A stretch of 64,000 bases of DNA, from contig JBGATF010000010.1 in assembly GCA_044229355.1 (NCBI GenBank), forward strand, positions 202,321 through 266,320, written 5' to 3'. How positions within the stretch are numbered: position 1 is the stretch's first letter; every line of letters starts with the position of its first letter. The notes below the pieces were generated by a model, which searched no databases, was not told the origin of the DNA, and worked only from the letters and a program-made list of their open reading frames with translations. Shown piece after piece: positions 1 through 11,259 of this stretch. The DNA is from Limisphaerales bacterium. GTDB lineage: Bacteria > Verrucomicrobiota > Verrucomicrobiia > Limisphaerales > JADJPG01. Both the position numbers and the translations under genes were made by a program.

Positions 1-347
1 GGCGTTTGAGGCTGGCCTTGAGGATGTAATCGTCGGCGCCTTCCCGGATGCATTCGACGGCCACTTCCTCCGAGCGGGTGCCGGTGACGAGGATGAACGG
101 GACGTCGAGTTCCAGCTCACGCAGGGCGTGGATGGCCTGCAGGGCGTCGAATTCCGGGAGCGTGAAATCGGAGAGAATGACGTCCGGCCGGCCGTCGTCG
201 AGGGCGGCGAGGAAGGCGTCGCGGGTTTCGACGCGGCGACTTCGGTACGAGAGGCCACTGTCGCAGAGCTCCCGTTCAATCAATTCGGCGTCCTGCGCGA
301 TGTCTTCGATGATCAGGATATCCAAGTCTTTTTTCATCCCGGTCAGC
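1..347 (-). CDS. response-regulator receiver (REC/CheY-like) domain protein; C-terminus cut by window edge
   Basis: Minus-strand translation from the ATG at 345-347: MKKDLDILIIEDIAQDAELIERELCDSGLSYRSRRVETRDAFLAALDDGRPDVILSDFTLPEFDALQAIHALRELELDVPFILVTGTRSEEVAVECIREGADDYILKASLKR. This has the REC acidic pocket (EDI), the phospho-acceptor Asp in ILSDF, and the conserved T and K. It is absent from the ORF track because it runs off the window edge. Confidence 0.7.
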
Positions 348-574
348 TGCGGCGGCGCCGTTTTCGTAGCAATTCCGCTTCAGCTGGTCGAGGGGAAAAC
401 TCGGAAAAGTCGCTGGCGGCCCGGAACATAGGACGGAGCAATTGTCATTTGGCAGGCAAGGCCCCGAGTTCCGAGGCCGGGCAGGCCGGCGGCGCGCTGT
501 CGGTCGCGGCGGAATCGCGGCTGCCATCGGCTGCCGCGGCCGGGCGATTCCGACGGCGACCTGACAGTTTGGAC

Positions 575-2139
575 TCAGGGGGCCGGCGGCGTGGGGTGCG
601 GGGGGGCTGGATCGCGAACAAAGAGCTCGATCTTTTTCCGTTCGAGCGTGGTGCCTTCGGATTGGAAGAGATCGGCCAGAGCGTTGTTGTAGTCGCGGAT
701 GGCGCCGATCTCGGCGCTGCGGGCCTCGGTGAGGTCCTTTTGGAGTTGGAGCACCTCGAAGCTCGTCGTCGTGCCGGCCTGGAGTCGTTTCTGGCCGCCG
801 TCGAGCGCCTGCTCGGCGTAGATTCGCGCCTGGCGGGTGGACTCGATTTTGTCGAGCGCGGTGCGGACGGAGGTCAGGTTGTTGTCGATTTCGAGCAGGG
901 CGGTTTGCTCCTGCTTTTTCAGCAGGAGATCGGCCTGATTGGCGATGACCTTCTGGCGGTTGACATTCTCGCGGGCGGCCTTGTTGCTGAGCGGAATGGA
1001 GGCGACGGCGCCGATGGTCCACGACGGCTGGTCACGGCGGGCGATGTTGGCGAAGGAGTCGCTGAATTCGCGGGCGCCGGCGCCGCCGTAGCCGTAGCTG
1101 CCGGTGAGATCGAATTGGGGCAGGCGCTGGTTGCGGGCGTATTTCAGCTCGACAGCCTGGTTCTCGACGGCGCGGCGGGCCTGGAGAACATCGGGTCGTT
1201 TGGCGAGGCCGGTATTCCAGCTTTCGTAGATGTCGAATTGCTGGGGCACCGCCACGAGCTTTTCCACGGGCTGGAGCGAGGTGTCGTGAATGGTGCGGAG
1301 GTTGACCGAGATGAGGCTCTTGAGGGTGTTCTGTGCGCCGCCGAGTTCGCCCTGGGCCTGGCTGAGGGCGGCTTGGCGGGTAAAGACGGCCGACTCGGAC
1401 TGCTTTTCATCGAGCGAGGCGAGGATGCCGACCTGGACCTTTTTCTTGTTATCGGACAGGAGCTGGCGGGCGAGGCGGAGGGATTCCTCCTGGACCGTCA
1501 CGTTTTCGCGCGAGTAAATGAGGTTGTTATAGGCTTTTTCCACAGCGGTGATCACGTCGATCATGCGGCTGCGCAGGTCGAGCTCGGATCCCCGGATTTC
1601 GCTCCGGGCGATGGCCAGGGCCCGGCGGGTATCATCAATAAGAAAATTCCTAAGGACGGGTTGGGTCAGGTTGATTCCGATGCCGCCCTGAGTGTCCTCG
1701 AAAAAGTCGCGCAGGAGCGGGTCGAGTCGGTTGGGTTGGTCGCCATGACGGTCCGTGATGTTGCCGCCGAGGGAGTAGGTGAGGCCGGACGGGGCCAGGC
1801 CGGCCACGGAAGCACGGAAGGCATCGGATTCGGCGCTGGCGCCGTCGTAGGTCAGGAGGGTGTTGGGGTCGCGCCCGCCGGCGGTGGTGGAGTCGCTATG
1901 AACTCCGGAGAGGAGCAGGCTGGGGTCGTAGCGAGCCCAGACGCTCCGCAGATTGATCAGGCTCAGCTCCGGGCGCGTCCGTTCGATCTGAAGATCGAGA
2001 TTTTCCTGGAGGGCGAGGTCGAAGCATTCCTGGAGGGTGATGGGCCGGACGGAATTGGTGACCTGGGCGGCGGCCGGAACGGCGGCGAGCGCGAGAGCTG
2101 CGACCCAGCCGGAGGTGCGAAGAGAGTTAGGATTCGTTG

Positions 2140-2143
<4 letters not shown>
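575..2143 (-). CDS. TolC-like outer-membrane efflux factor (OMF family)
   Basis: ORF 575..2320; the likely true start is MTTNPNSLRTSGWVAALALAAVPAAAQ (signal peptide) at ~2143, which overlaps the stop of the upstream permease (ATGA). Two OEP-type repeats (LQECFDLALQENLDLQIER... and ...YNNALADLFQSEG) with a coiled-coil-rich middle are typical of TolC/OprM. Confidence 0.8.
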
Positions 2144-3357
<1,214 letters not shown>

Positions 3358-3379
3358 GGGCGGGGCGGTTCGGCGGCGC

Positions 3380-4141
3380 TCAGCTGGTCAGTTGGACGGC
3401 CTGCTGCTCCAGCTTGACCTTGCGGATTTCCTCGGCGGCGTCGAGCCGATCGGAGACGGGTTCATCGCGCACGATTCGGCCATCGCGCATGACGACCATG
3501 CGGAGACAGAAGCGGGCGATGTCCAGCTCGTGGGTGACCATGATGATCGTGATGCCGCGCCGGTTCAGGTCCTGGAAGATGCCCATGATCTCCATGCTGG
3601 TGAGCGTGTCGAGGTTGCCGGTGGGCTCGTCGGCGAGGAGAAGCTTGGGCTGATTGATGAGGGCGCGGGCGATGGCGACGCGTTGTTGCTGGCCGCCGGA
3701 GAGCTGGTTGGGGTGGTGATCGACTCGTTCCCCCAGCCCGACCAGGGTCAGCGACTGGATGGCCCGCTCCCGCAGCACGCGCCGGCTGATCCCGCTGCGG
3801 CTGTAGAGCAGGGGCAGCTCGACATTTTCGAGGGCAGAGGTGCGGGAGAGCAGATTGAAGCCCTGAAAGACGAAGCCGATCTTTTCATTGCGCAGATCGG
3901 CGAGGTCATCGCGATTCAGGCGGCCAACGTCGACCCCGTCGAGCAGGTAGCGCCCTTCCGTCGGCCGATCGAGGCAGCCGATCGTATTCATCATCGTGGA
4001 CTTGCCGGAACCGCTTGCGCCCATGATGGCGACGAATTCGCCCGGACCGATCTGCAGCGAGACCCCTTTGACCGCCTGAACCTGCAGCTCGCCGGTCTGG
4101 TAGGTCTTGATGAAGTTCTCGAGCTTGACGACGGCGTCCAT
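3380..4141 (-). CDS. ABC transporter ATP-binding protein (MacB/LolD-type)
   Basis: Walker A GASGSGKST, Q-loop, ABC signature LSGGQQQRVAIARAL, Walker B LLLADEPTGNLD, H-loop VTHE. Confidence 0.9.
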   Translation of the reverse strand: MDAVVKLENFIKTYQTGELQVQAVKGVSLQIGPGEFVAIMGASGSGKSTMMNTIGCLDRPTEGRYLLDGVDVGRLNRDDLADLRNEKIGFVFQGFNLLSRTSALENVELPLLYSRSGISRRVLRERAIQSLTLVGLGERVDHHPNQLSGGQQQRVAIARALINQPKLLLADEPTGNLDTLTSMEIMGIFQDLNRRGITIIMVTHELDIARFCLRMVVMRDGRIVRDEPVSDRLDAAEEIRKVKLEQQAVQLTS

Positions 4142-4194
4142 GGGGTGGGTGAGCGGGCCGGTTCGGAGGTTCGCAGGTCAGTGGTCCGCTTGAC

Positions 4195-5673
4195 TCAGCG
4201 CGGGCGGAATCCTCCAAACGGGGAGCCGCCCGGGCCGCCGGGACCGCCGGGACCGCGGTTGGCGCCGCCGAATGCGGTGGTGGCGGTGGTTGCGACATTG
4301 AGCCCGGTGACGACAACGTCCCCTTCATTCAACCCTTCGAGAATTTCGGTGTGGGTGGAATCGGCAATGCCGGCTTTGACGACCACCGGATTGAGGATGG
4401 TTTTTTCCTGTCCGGAAGAGGAGTCCTTCTCCAGCAGGTAGACAGTGCGCCGGACCGGTCCATCGGTGGCGCCGCCGCCGCCGCCACCGCTGCCTCGGCC
4501 GCCGGGGCCGCCGCCTTCGCCGAAGCGAGCGCGCATGCGGCTGCGAAACTCCTCCCGCTGCTCGGGGGTCATGCTTTCCATCCGGCGGCGCATTTCGTCG
4601 CGGTTGGGGCGTTCGCCGCCCGCGCTGCCGCTGTCGCCGGGACCGGGGCCGGGCCCGGGGGAGGCACCGGCTTCGGGAGACGTGGCGGCGGTGGTCGGAC
4701 CGGCCGCGGGAGCATTGGTGCCGCCCTTGATGACGGCGTTTTCGGGCGGGCGAAAGCGGAGGGCGGCATTGGGAATTTTGAGGACGCCGCGCCGCTGGGC
4801 GGTGACGATGGAGGCGTTGGCCGTCATGCCCGGGCGCAGCTTGAGGTCGTCGTTGTTGACGTCGACGACGCTGACGTAATTGACGACGTTTTGGTTGGTC
4901 ACGGGCGCGTAACGGACCTGGGTGACTTCGCCGCGGAACTGGCGGCCCGGAAAAGCGTCGACGGTAAAATTGACGCGCTGGCCTTCCAGGACGCCGCCGA
5001 CGTCGGCTTCGGAGACCATGGCCTCGATGCGCATGCTCCGCAGGTCGTTGGCGATGTTGAACAGCGTGGGGGCGTTGAAGCTGGCGGCGACGGTCTGGCC
5101 GACGTCGACCGCGCGGGAGATGACGACGCCGTCGATGGGGGCGTAGATGGTGGTGCGTTCGAGGTCGACCCGGGATTTTTTGAGGGCGGCCTCGCGGATG
5201 CGGACCGCGGCCTCAGCCTGGTGGAGCTCGATCAAGGTGCGGTCGTATTCGGCGTTGGCGATGAGTTGATTGGTTCGGAGCTGGTCAGCGCGGCGGAGGT
5301 TGAGCTCGGCCAGTTCGAGGGACGCCTTGGTGTTGGCGAGTTCGGCTTCGGCCTGGGTGATGTTTTGAAGGTAAGTGGAGGGGTCGATTTGCGCGACGAT
5401 CTGGCCATTGGTGACGCGGGAATTGAAGTCGGCGCCAAGCGCGGTGATGATGCCGGAGACCTGGCTGCCGACGGTGACGTTTTTGACGGCGCTGAGCTGG
5501 CCATTGGCGGTGACGGTCTGGACGATGTCCCCCCGGGCGACGGTGGCGGTTTTGTAATCGGGCTCGGCAGTTTTGCGGTCCTGTTGATACCACCGCCAAC
5601 CGGCGTAGCCGCCGCCGACCAGGAGCAGGAGGAGGAGCCATTTGCCCCAGCCGGATCGTTTCTTCGCAGTCAT
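4195..5673 (-). CDS. MacA/HlyD-family periplasmic adaptor (membrane fusion protein) with a long Gly/Pro-rich C-terminal tail
   Basis: ORF 4195..5748; start likely at MTAKKRSGWGKWLLLLLLVGGG (TM anchor). Lipoyl/beta-barrel motifs (TVARGDIVQTVTANGQLSAV..., coiled-coil hairpin, ...GMTANASIV). The ~180 C-terminal residues are low-complexity (GPGPGPGDSGSAGG...[19 protein letters not shown]...GGPGGPGGSPFGGFRPR). Confidence 0.8.
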   Translation of the reverse strand: MTAKKRSGWGKWLLLLLLVGGGYAGWRWYQQDRKTAEPDYKTATVARGDIVQTVTANGQLSAVKNVTVGSQVSGIITALGADFNSRVTNGQIVAQIDPSTYLQNITQAEAELANTKASLELAELNLRRADQLRTNQLIANAEYDRTLIELHQAEAAVRIREAALKKSRVDLERTTIYAPIDGVVISRAVDVGQTVAASFNAPTLFNIANDLRSMRIEAMVSEADVGGVLEGQRVNFTVDAFPGRQFRGEVTQVRYAPVTNQNVVNYVSVVDVNNDDLKLRPGMTANASIVTAQRRGVLKIPNAALRFRPPENAVIKGGTNAPAAGPTTAATSPEAGASPGPGPGPGDSGSAGGERPNRDEMRRRMESMTPEQREEFRSRMRARFGEGGGPGGRGSGGGGGGATDGPVRRTVYLLEKDSSSGQEKTILNPVVVKAGIADSTHTEILEGLNEGDVVVTGLNVATTATTAFGGANRGPGGPGGPGGSPFGGFRPR

Positions 5674-5890
5674 GTTCGTGTCAAAATCGCGGCCGGCCGC
5701 CTCCCGCAGGGAAGCGCACTCGAGCGGCGAATGGCAGACAGCATCCACAGGCTGCCGCTTGAGAAAAGGATATTCTTCAGGACCGGAAGTCAGTCCAACC
5801 CGGCCTCACCCAGGACGAACCGCGGCGCAGGTCGGTGAAGATTTCTGGAGCCCGATGTCCTAAAGACACGGCGAGAGCGACCGGGTTACG

Positions 5891-6058
5891 GGGGATTGAA
5901 GAGGGGGAGGGGGGAGGGGCGAGTGATGAGTGATGAGTGATGAGTGATGAGTGGCGAGGGACGAGGGGCGAGGGGGCGACTGATTTCGGCGTTCGGCGTT
6001 CGACGTTCGGCGTTCGGCGTTCGGCGTTCGGCGTTCGGACTTCGGACTTCGGACTTCG
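5891..6058. repeat. contiguous block of heptamer tandem arrays: (GAGGGGG)~3, (GAGTGAT)~5, (GCGAGGG)~3, (GCGTTCG)7, (GACTTCG)3
   Basis: Read directly: 5921-5954 gagtgatgagtgatgagtgatgagtgatgagtgg. 5989-6058 is gcgttcg x2, acgttcg, gcgttcg x4, gacttcg x3. The G-rich heptamers at 5891-5920 could form a G-quadruplex on the + strand. The block is intergenic, between the hybrid HK 3' end and the macA 5' end. Confidence 0.9.
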
Positions 6059-6082
6059 AACTTTTGACTCTGACCCGTGGGC

Positions 6083-8902
6083 CTAGAAATCGAGGCATTC
6101 GCGGACGGTTTTGGCGAGGAGGGGAGGCGGGTATGGTTTTTGGAGGAAGCGGGATGGCGGGAGGGCGGCATCGCCGTTTCTGTTTTCGTCGCCCATGATC
6201 TCGGTGCTGTAGCCGCTGGTAAAGATGACGCGGAGGTCGGGCTTGCGCGTTTTCAGTTCCTCGGCGAGCTCGCGGCCGGTCATGCCTTCGGGCATGACCA
6301 TGTCGGTGAGGAGGAGGTCGACCTTGCCTTGATTCTGGTCGAAGACTTTGAGGGCCTCGTGGCCGGTGGCGGCCTCGAGGACGTGATATTGATAATCGTT
6401 GAGAATGACGCGGGCGAGTTCGCGGAGGACGGGCTCGTCCTCGACGAGGAGGATGGTTTCGGAGCCGCCGCGGACGGCGGTTTTGGCGGGTTTCTTCTCG
6501 TGGGTGGTGCCGAGTGATTGGGCGCTGGCCGGGACGAAGACGCGGAAGGTGGTGCCGACGCCTTCCTCGCTGTCGACCTCGACCCAGCCCTGGTGCTGTT
6601 TGACGATGCCGTAGACGGTGGCGAGGCCGAGGCCGGTGCCCTTGCCGACTTCCTTGGTGGTGAAGAACGGCTCGAAGATACGATTGAGGGTTTGTCGCGA
6701 CATGCCTAACCCGTTGTCCGTGACCGAGAGCACGACGAAGGAGCCGGTGTGGGCGTCGGGATTTTGCGCGACATAAGCGTCTTCGATCGCGCGGAAGGAG
6801 GTGGTGATGGCGAGTTTACCGCCTTTGGGCATGGCGTCGCGGGCGTTGACGGAGAGGTTCATGATGACCTGCTCGATCATGCCGGCGTCGGCTTCGATGG
6901 CGGGGAGGTTGGGGCCGCAGTGGGTTTCGAGGTGGACATCCTCGCCGATCAGGCGCTGGAGCATGCGCGCGAGATTGTGGAGGAGGTTGTTCAAGTCGAG
7001 CGTGCAGGGCTGCATGCGCTGTTTGCGGCTGAACGTCAGCAGTTGCTGGGTGAGGCTGGAGGCGCGGCGCGCGGCGGCGGAGACCTGGCGGAGGGGTTCG
7101 GCGAAGGCGTGGGCGGCGTCGCACTGGCCGAGGAGCCGGTCGGAATGGCCCTGGATGATGGTGAGGATGTTGTTGAAATCGTGGGCGACGCCGGCGGCGA
7201 GTTGGCCGATGGATTCGAGCTTTTGCGAATGGCGAAGCTGGGCCTCGAGATTCAGCCGCTCGGTGATGTCGACGCCGTAGCAGTGCACGACCTGGCTGGC
7301 GATAATGGGGAAGAAGGACCAGGCGAGGGTGCGGCCGTTGATTTGGATGGGGTCCAGATGGCAGCTTTGGCCGAGGCGCAGGCATTCCTGGGCGACGGCG
7401 CCGGCATTGGGGGCGAGGATGGCTTCGGGGTCATCAACCTTGAGCGATGCGGCCATCTCGCGGGCGGCGTTGTTCAGGTAGGTGAGCGTGCCATCGGCGG
7501 CCAGCTCGAGGACCGGGTTCGGATTGAAGCGGGGAAAGGCGGCCAGCTTGCGAATTTCGGCCTCGGCGCGTTTTCGTTCCGTGATGTCACTGAGGGTGCC
7601 GAAGATGCCGCACACGTCATCGCCGGCCGTGAGGATGGGTTGGGCGTAGACCTCCATCCAACGGAACGTTCCGTCGGCGGCCTCATAGCGGGTTTCGTCG
7701 CGGCAGAAGCTTTTCGAGCGGGAAAGCACGTCATTCACGATCTCCGTGTGACGCTCGCGATCCTCCGGGTGAAGGAAGTCGCAGTAGGAACGCCCGTAGG
7801 ATTCGCGGACCTTGTGTCCAGTGATGTCGGTCCAGGCCGCGTTCAGGTAGGTCCAGCGTCCCTCGCGGTCGGTCTGGAAGATGACCTCCTTGATGTTTTC
7901 GACGACGGATCGGTATTTGATCTCGCTGGCGTCGAGGGCTTCGGCGGACAACTTCCGATCGATGCAGAGGGCGACGCCGTTGGCGACAGAGGCCATTTCC
8001 TGGAGGATGGACTCCGCCAGCGGGCGGGTGGAGAAGAGAGACATCAGGCCCACCAGGCGGTCTTCGAGCAGGAGGGGGTAGCCGGCGTAGGCGGTGATGC
8101 TCTCGCGTTCGATCCAGTCGCGATCGGCGACCCGGGAGTCGCGGGAGAGTTTGTTGATGAGAATGGGCCGGCCCTCGGCGATGAGGGGGAGGTCGAGAGC
8201 GAGCTTGGGTTTGCGGGAGGCGATCGGGCCGGTCTCATCGCCGGCGCCGGCGCTGGCGACGAGTTTCAGTCCGGGCTGGCTGGGATCGCAAATCCAGATC
8301 CGGGCCCGGGCGGCGCGGAGGTATTGCACCATGGCGGCCGCACAGCGATGGAGGATGGTGTTGAGCGGATCGGAGCGGGTCAGGGCGAGCCCGACGTCTT
8401 CGCCGAAGGCGGCGAGGCGCGCCTGCTCGGCAGCGGCGCGCTCGGCGGCCCGCCGGCGTTCGGCGGCATAGCGGATGGATCGTTCGAGCGTGGGGGCGTC
8501 GAGGCGGCCCTTGACGAGATAGTCGGCCGCGCCGGCGCGCATGGCCTCCATGTCGATCTCGTGCTCGCCTTGTCCGGTGAGGAGGATGACCGGTGATTTG
8601 CAGCCCTGCTCCTGGGCGGCCCGGAGGAGGTCGATGCCGGTCTGGGCGCCCAACCGGTAGTCGACGAGGCAGACGTCATGCTGGTTGCGGACGAGGGCCT
8701 CGAGGCCGGCCGCCCAGGATTGCTTCCAATCGATTTGGACCTGCAGGCCACGGAACTCGCGAAAGAGCTCGCCGGTCAGGATATAATCGTCCTCGTCGTC
8801 CTCCACGAGGAGGATGCGCAGGGCGTCGATGGGCTGGCTGTTGGGCAAGCGGGCGGGGGTGGTCAGGGTGCAGCGGCCGGCAGCTCCACGAGGTTGAACC
8901 AA
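6083..8902 (-). CDS. hybrid sensor histidine kinase (REC-GAF-PAS/PAC-HisKA-HATPase-REC)
   Basis: 939 aa. N-terminal REC ([18 protein letters not shown]...VCLVDYRLG...TGQGEHE), GAF-like and PAS/PAC segments, HisKA ([16 protein letters not shown]), HATPase_c (DNGLGM...[15 protein letters not shown]), C-terminal REC ([13 protein letters not shown]...[15 protein letters not shown]). The annotated start overlaps the upstream REC gene by ~40 nt, so the true start may be an internal GTG/TTG. Confidence 0.8.
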   Translation of the reverse strand: MVQPRGAAGRCTLTTPARLPNSQPIDALRILLVEDDEDDYILTGELFREFRGLQVQIDWKQSWAAGLEALVRNQHDVCLVDYRLGAQTGIDLLRAAQEQGCKSPVILLTGQGEHEIDMEAMRAGAADYLVKGRLDAPTLERSIRYAAERRRAAERAAAEQARLAAFGEDVGLALTRSDPLNTILHRCAAAMVQYLRAARARIWICDPSQPGLKLVASAGAGDETGPIASRKPKLALDLPLIAEGRPILINKLSRDSRVADRDWIERESITAYAGYPLLLEDRLVGLMSLFSTRPLAESILQEMASVANGVALCIDRKLSAEALDASEIKYRSVVENIKEVIFQTDREGRWTYLNAAWTDITGHKVRESYGRSYCDFLHPEDRERHTEIVNDVLSRSKSFCRDETRYEAADGTFRWMEVYAQPILTAGDDVCGIFGTLSDITERKRAEAEIRKLAAFPRFNPNPVLELAADGTLTYLNNAAREMAASLKVDDPEAILAPNAGAVAQECLRLGQSCHLDPIQINGRTLAWSFFPIIASQVVHCYGVDITERLNLEAQLRHSQKLESIGQLAAGVAHDFNNILTIIQGHSDRLLGQCDAAHAFAEPLRQVSAAARRASSLTQQLLTFSRKQRMQPCTLDLNNLLHNLARMLQRLIGEDVHLETHCGPNLPAIEADAGMIEQVIMNLSVNARDAMPKGGKLAITTSFRAIEDAYVAQNPDAHTGSFVVLSVTDNGLGMSRQTLNRIFEPFFTTKEVGKGTGLGLATVYGIVKQHQGWVEVDSEEGVGTTFRVFVPASAQSLGTTHEKKPAKTAVRGGSETILLVEDEPVLRELARVILNDYQYHVLEAATGHEALKVFDQNQGKVDLLLTDMVMPEGMTGRELAEELKTRKPDLRVIFTSGYSTEIMGDENRNGDAALPPSRFLQKPYPPPLLAKTVRECLDF

Positions 8903-9327
8903 TACCCGGCGAGGGCTTTCATGACCTCGACGAGCGAGTGGAACGAGACTGGTTTGGCGATGAATGAGTTGGCCCCGAGGTCATAGATGCGCTCGATGTC
9001 GGTGTCGGCGCGCGAGGTGGTCAGGACGACGACGGGGATGCGGCGCAGTTCGGGGTGCAGCTTGATTTCGCGCAGGGCGTCGCGCCCGTCTTTTCGCGGC
9101 ATGTTCAGGTCGAGCAGGATCAAGCCGGGCCGGGGCGAACGGGCGGGGTCGAGATAAGGGCCGCGCCGCAGCAGATAGTTCAGCAGCTCCTCGCCGTTTT
9201 CAACGCAGTGCAACTCCGCGGACACCTGGCATTCCGCGAGGGCATCCCGCGCGAGCAGACGGTCGTCGTCGTCGTCGTCGGCCATGAGGATGACGGCGCG
9301 CTTCGGGTTGAGGTTGGCGGAGCTCAT
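8863..9327 (-). CDS. single-domain response regulator (CheY-like)
   Basis: 154 aa: VILMADDDDDDRLLARDAL...LILLDLNMPRKDGRDALREIK...VVVLTTS...ANSFIAKP. Complete REC and no output domain. 4-nt overlap with the upstream kinase stop. Confidence 0.8.
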   Translation of the reverse strand: MSSANLNPKRAVILMADDDDDDRLLARDALAECQVSAELHCVENGEELLNYLLRRGPYLDPARSPRPGLILLDLNMPRKDGRDALREIKLHPELRRIPVVVLTTSRADTDIERIYDLGANSFIAKPVSFHSLVEVMKALAGYWFNLVELPAAAP

Positions 9328-11156
9328 GCGGCCGGGGCGGAGGAAGCAGGCGTGGGTGTCGGCAGAGGCGGGCGGCCCGCGTCGGCGCGGGGGGACTCGG
9401 CGTCCGGGCGGGCGCCGGCCTGGCGGGTGGGGAGGGTGACGATGAAGGTGGCGCCCTCTCCTGGGCGGCTGTGCGCGTGGATGGCGCCGCCGTGGCGGTC
9501 GGTGATGCGCCGGCAGACGGCGAGGCCGACGCCGGTGCCTTCAAACTCGTTCCGGCCGTGGAGCCGTTGAAAGACGGCGAAGATTTTATCGAGATATTTT
9601 TCGTCGAAGCCGATGCCGTTGTCCTGGACGGTAATCTCCGCCTGTTCGGCGTAGGGGTCCTCGCCGGTCGTGAACGGGCTGCGGAGGGTTCGGGCCGAGA
9701 TCCGCACGAGCGGCGGCTGGCCGGGCGGCTGGAACTTGAGGGCGTTGCCGATCAGATTGAGGAAGAGCTGGCGCATTTGCAGCGGGTCAGCCTCGATTTT
9801 GGGGAGGTCGCCCAGCTCGATGCGGGCCTTGGTTTGTTCGATTCGATATTCGAGATCGCCGAGCACGCCGCGGATGACGCCATTGAGGTCGACGGTGACC
9901 AGCGGCTGGGTCGTGCTGATGACCCGGGAGAAGGTGAGGAGATCGTTGATCAGCGTCTGCATGCGGGCGGCGGCATTTTGCATTCGCTCGAGATAATCCC
10001 GGCCGTCGGCCAATTGGACCGCGTCGCAGCGGCTTTTGAGGCGGTCGCCGAACGCCTGGATTTTTCGCAGGGGTTCCTGCAGGTCGTGGGAGGCGACATA
10101 GGCGAACTGCTCGAGCTCGGCGTTGGAGCGGGCCAGTTCCGCAGCCTTGCGGTTGAGCGTTTCCTCGGCCCGCTTGCGTTCGGTGATGTCCTTGAAGATG
10201 ACCACCGCGCCGACCTCCTTGTCCTTTTCGAAGATGGGTGTGCGGACGTACTCGGCCGGGAAGCTGGTGCCATCGCGGCGGTAGAACGGAATGAAATCCG
10301 GGGTGTCGCCGGCGGCGGGGCCGGCTGGGAGGGGCAGGGTGCCGGCGTGGTGATGGAACACCTCGCGTTCATCCTTGCCGACGAGCTCGTCGACTTTCCA
10401 GCCGGTGATGCGCGCGGCGGCGGGATTGACGAACGTGGTCCGGCCCTGGAGGTCGAGGCCGTAGATGCCTTCGCCGGCGGAGTTGAGGATCGACTCGTAG
10501 CGGCGCTGGAGTTTTTGCAGTTCCTGGGTGCGGGCCTGGACGTGCAATTCGAGCACGTCCTTGGAGCGCTCGAGTTCCTTGGCTTGCTGAGCCATGACGC
10601 GCTCGGCCTGGCGGCGGTCGTTCAGCTCCTTTTGCAGCCGGGCGTGGGCCTCGGTCAGGTCGGCCGTGCGGGCCTGCACCCGACGGTCCACCTCGAGGGC
10701 GGACTTTTGCACGTCGTCCTCGAGGCGTCGCCGCTCGGTTTTCTGGATCCCGAGCTCGACCTGAATTGATTCGAGCTGGGCGGCGAGGGAGGTGGCGGCG
10801 TTGGCCTGGCGGCCGGCCTGGCGGATCCAGGACTCGCGCCACGCGAGCACGGCGACCCAGAAAAGGACGAGGCTGGCGCTGAGGGCGATGATTGAAACGA
10901 GGGAGAGGTTCTGCAGCCAGTCGCGGGTGCGTTGAACGGCTTCAGCGGTGGCGACGGACGAGGCGGCGGACTCGAGCCCGGCGAGTCCGGCGAGCTCGCG
11001 GAAGCCCTGAGCGCCCTGGTTGCTGATCCAGTAGAGGCAGAGGGCCAGGATGGCGAGGGCGGCGGCTCCCACCGCGACGAGCCGCCGGCTGAACCGGGAA
11101 CGGCCGGGGGGTCGCTCCGGGTTGGGTGCTGGGTGGCCTGTGCTGCTCACCTCCAT
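9324..11156 (-). CDS. membrane sensor histidine kinase (2 TM, coiled-coil, PAS, HisKA, HATPase_c)
   Basis: 610 aa. TM1 LVAVGAAALAILALCLYWI, TM2 LSLVSIIALSASLVLFWVAVLAW, a long coiled coil, PAS (GEGIYGLDLQGRTTFVNPAAARITGW), HisKA (FAYVASHDLQEPLRKI), HATPase (DNGIGFD...GTGVGLAVCRRI). Confidence 0.8.
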   Translation of the reverse strand: MEVSSTGHPAPNPERPPGRSRFSRRLVAVGAAALAILALCLYWISNQGAQGFRELAGLAGLESAASSVATAEAVQRTRDWLQNLSLVSIIALSASLVLFWVAVLAWRESWIRQAGRQANAATSLAAQLESIQVELGIQKTERRRLEDDVQKSALEVDRRVQARTADLTEAHARLQKELNDRRQAERVMAQQAKELERSKDVLELHVQARTQELQKLQRRYESILNSAGEGIYGLDLQGRTTFVNPAAARITGWKVDELVGKDEREVFHHHAGTLPLPAGPAAGDTPDFIPFYRRDGTSFPAEYVRTPIFEKDKEVGAVVIFKDITERKRAEETLNRKAAELARSNAELEQFAYVASHDLQEPLRKIQAFGDRLKSRCDAVQLADGRDYLERMQNAAARMQTLINDLLTFSRVISTTQPLVTVDLNGVIRGVLGDLEYRIEQTKARIELGDLPKIEADPLQMRQLFLNLIGNALKFQPPGQPPLVRISARTLRSPFTTGEDPYAEQAEITVQDNGIGFDEKYLDKIFAVFQRLHGRNEFEGTGVGLAVCRRITDRHGGAIHAHSRPGEGATFIVTLPTRQAGARPDAESPRADAGRPPLPTPTPASSAPAA

Positions 11157-11259
11157 ATTATCGGATTCGGGAAGGGGCTCTTAACCGGGATCCGGGCGAT
11201 GGCGGCGGCGGCGCAGGCGGGGCTGGTCTAAGGCTGTGGGTTTGTCGTAGCCTTGGGCT

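Noticed and set aside
4351-5838. 495-aa + ORF over macA; 6749..8596 + (615 aa) over the hybrid HK; 9471..10769 + (432 aa) over the sensor HK; 12746..14296 + over GspK-like; 20710..22095 + over ligA
   Set aside because: All lie antisense to genes with clear catalytic motifs and have the same GADV-rich low-complexity profile. I discounted them as spurious long ORFs of a GC-rich genome.
5860-6198. Short ORFs 5860..6171(-), 5886..6098(-), 5944..6198(+) with repetitive ERRTPNAERR / SAFGVRR peptides
   Set aside because: They are direct translations of the heptamer tandem repeats (7-bp units give pseudo-periodic peptides in all frames). There are no start-context or coding features, and the region is intergenic.
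8863-8902. 40-nt overlap between the hybrid HK start and the CheY-like gene end, which could suggest a frameshift or fusion
   Set aside because: The frames differ and both products are complete. A downstream non-ATG start for the kinase is more parsimonious. I did not call a pseudogene.
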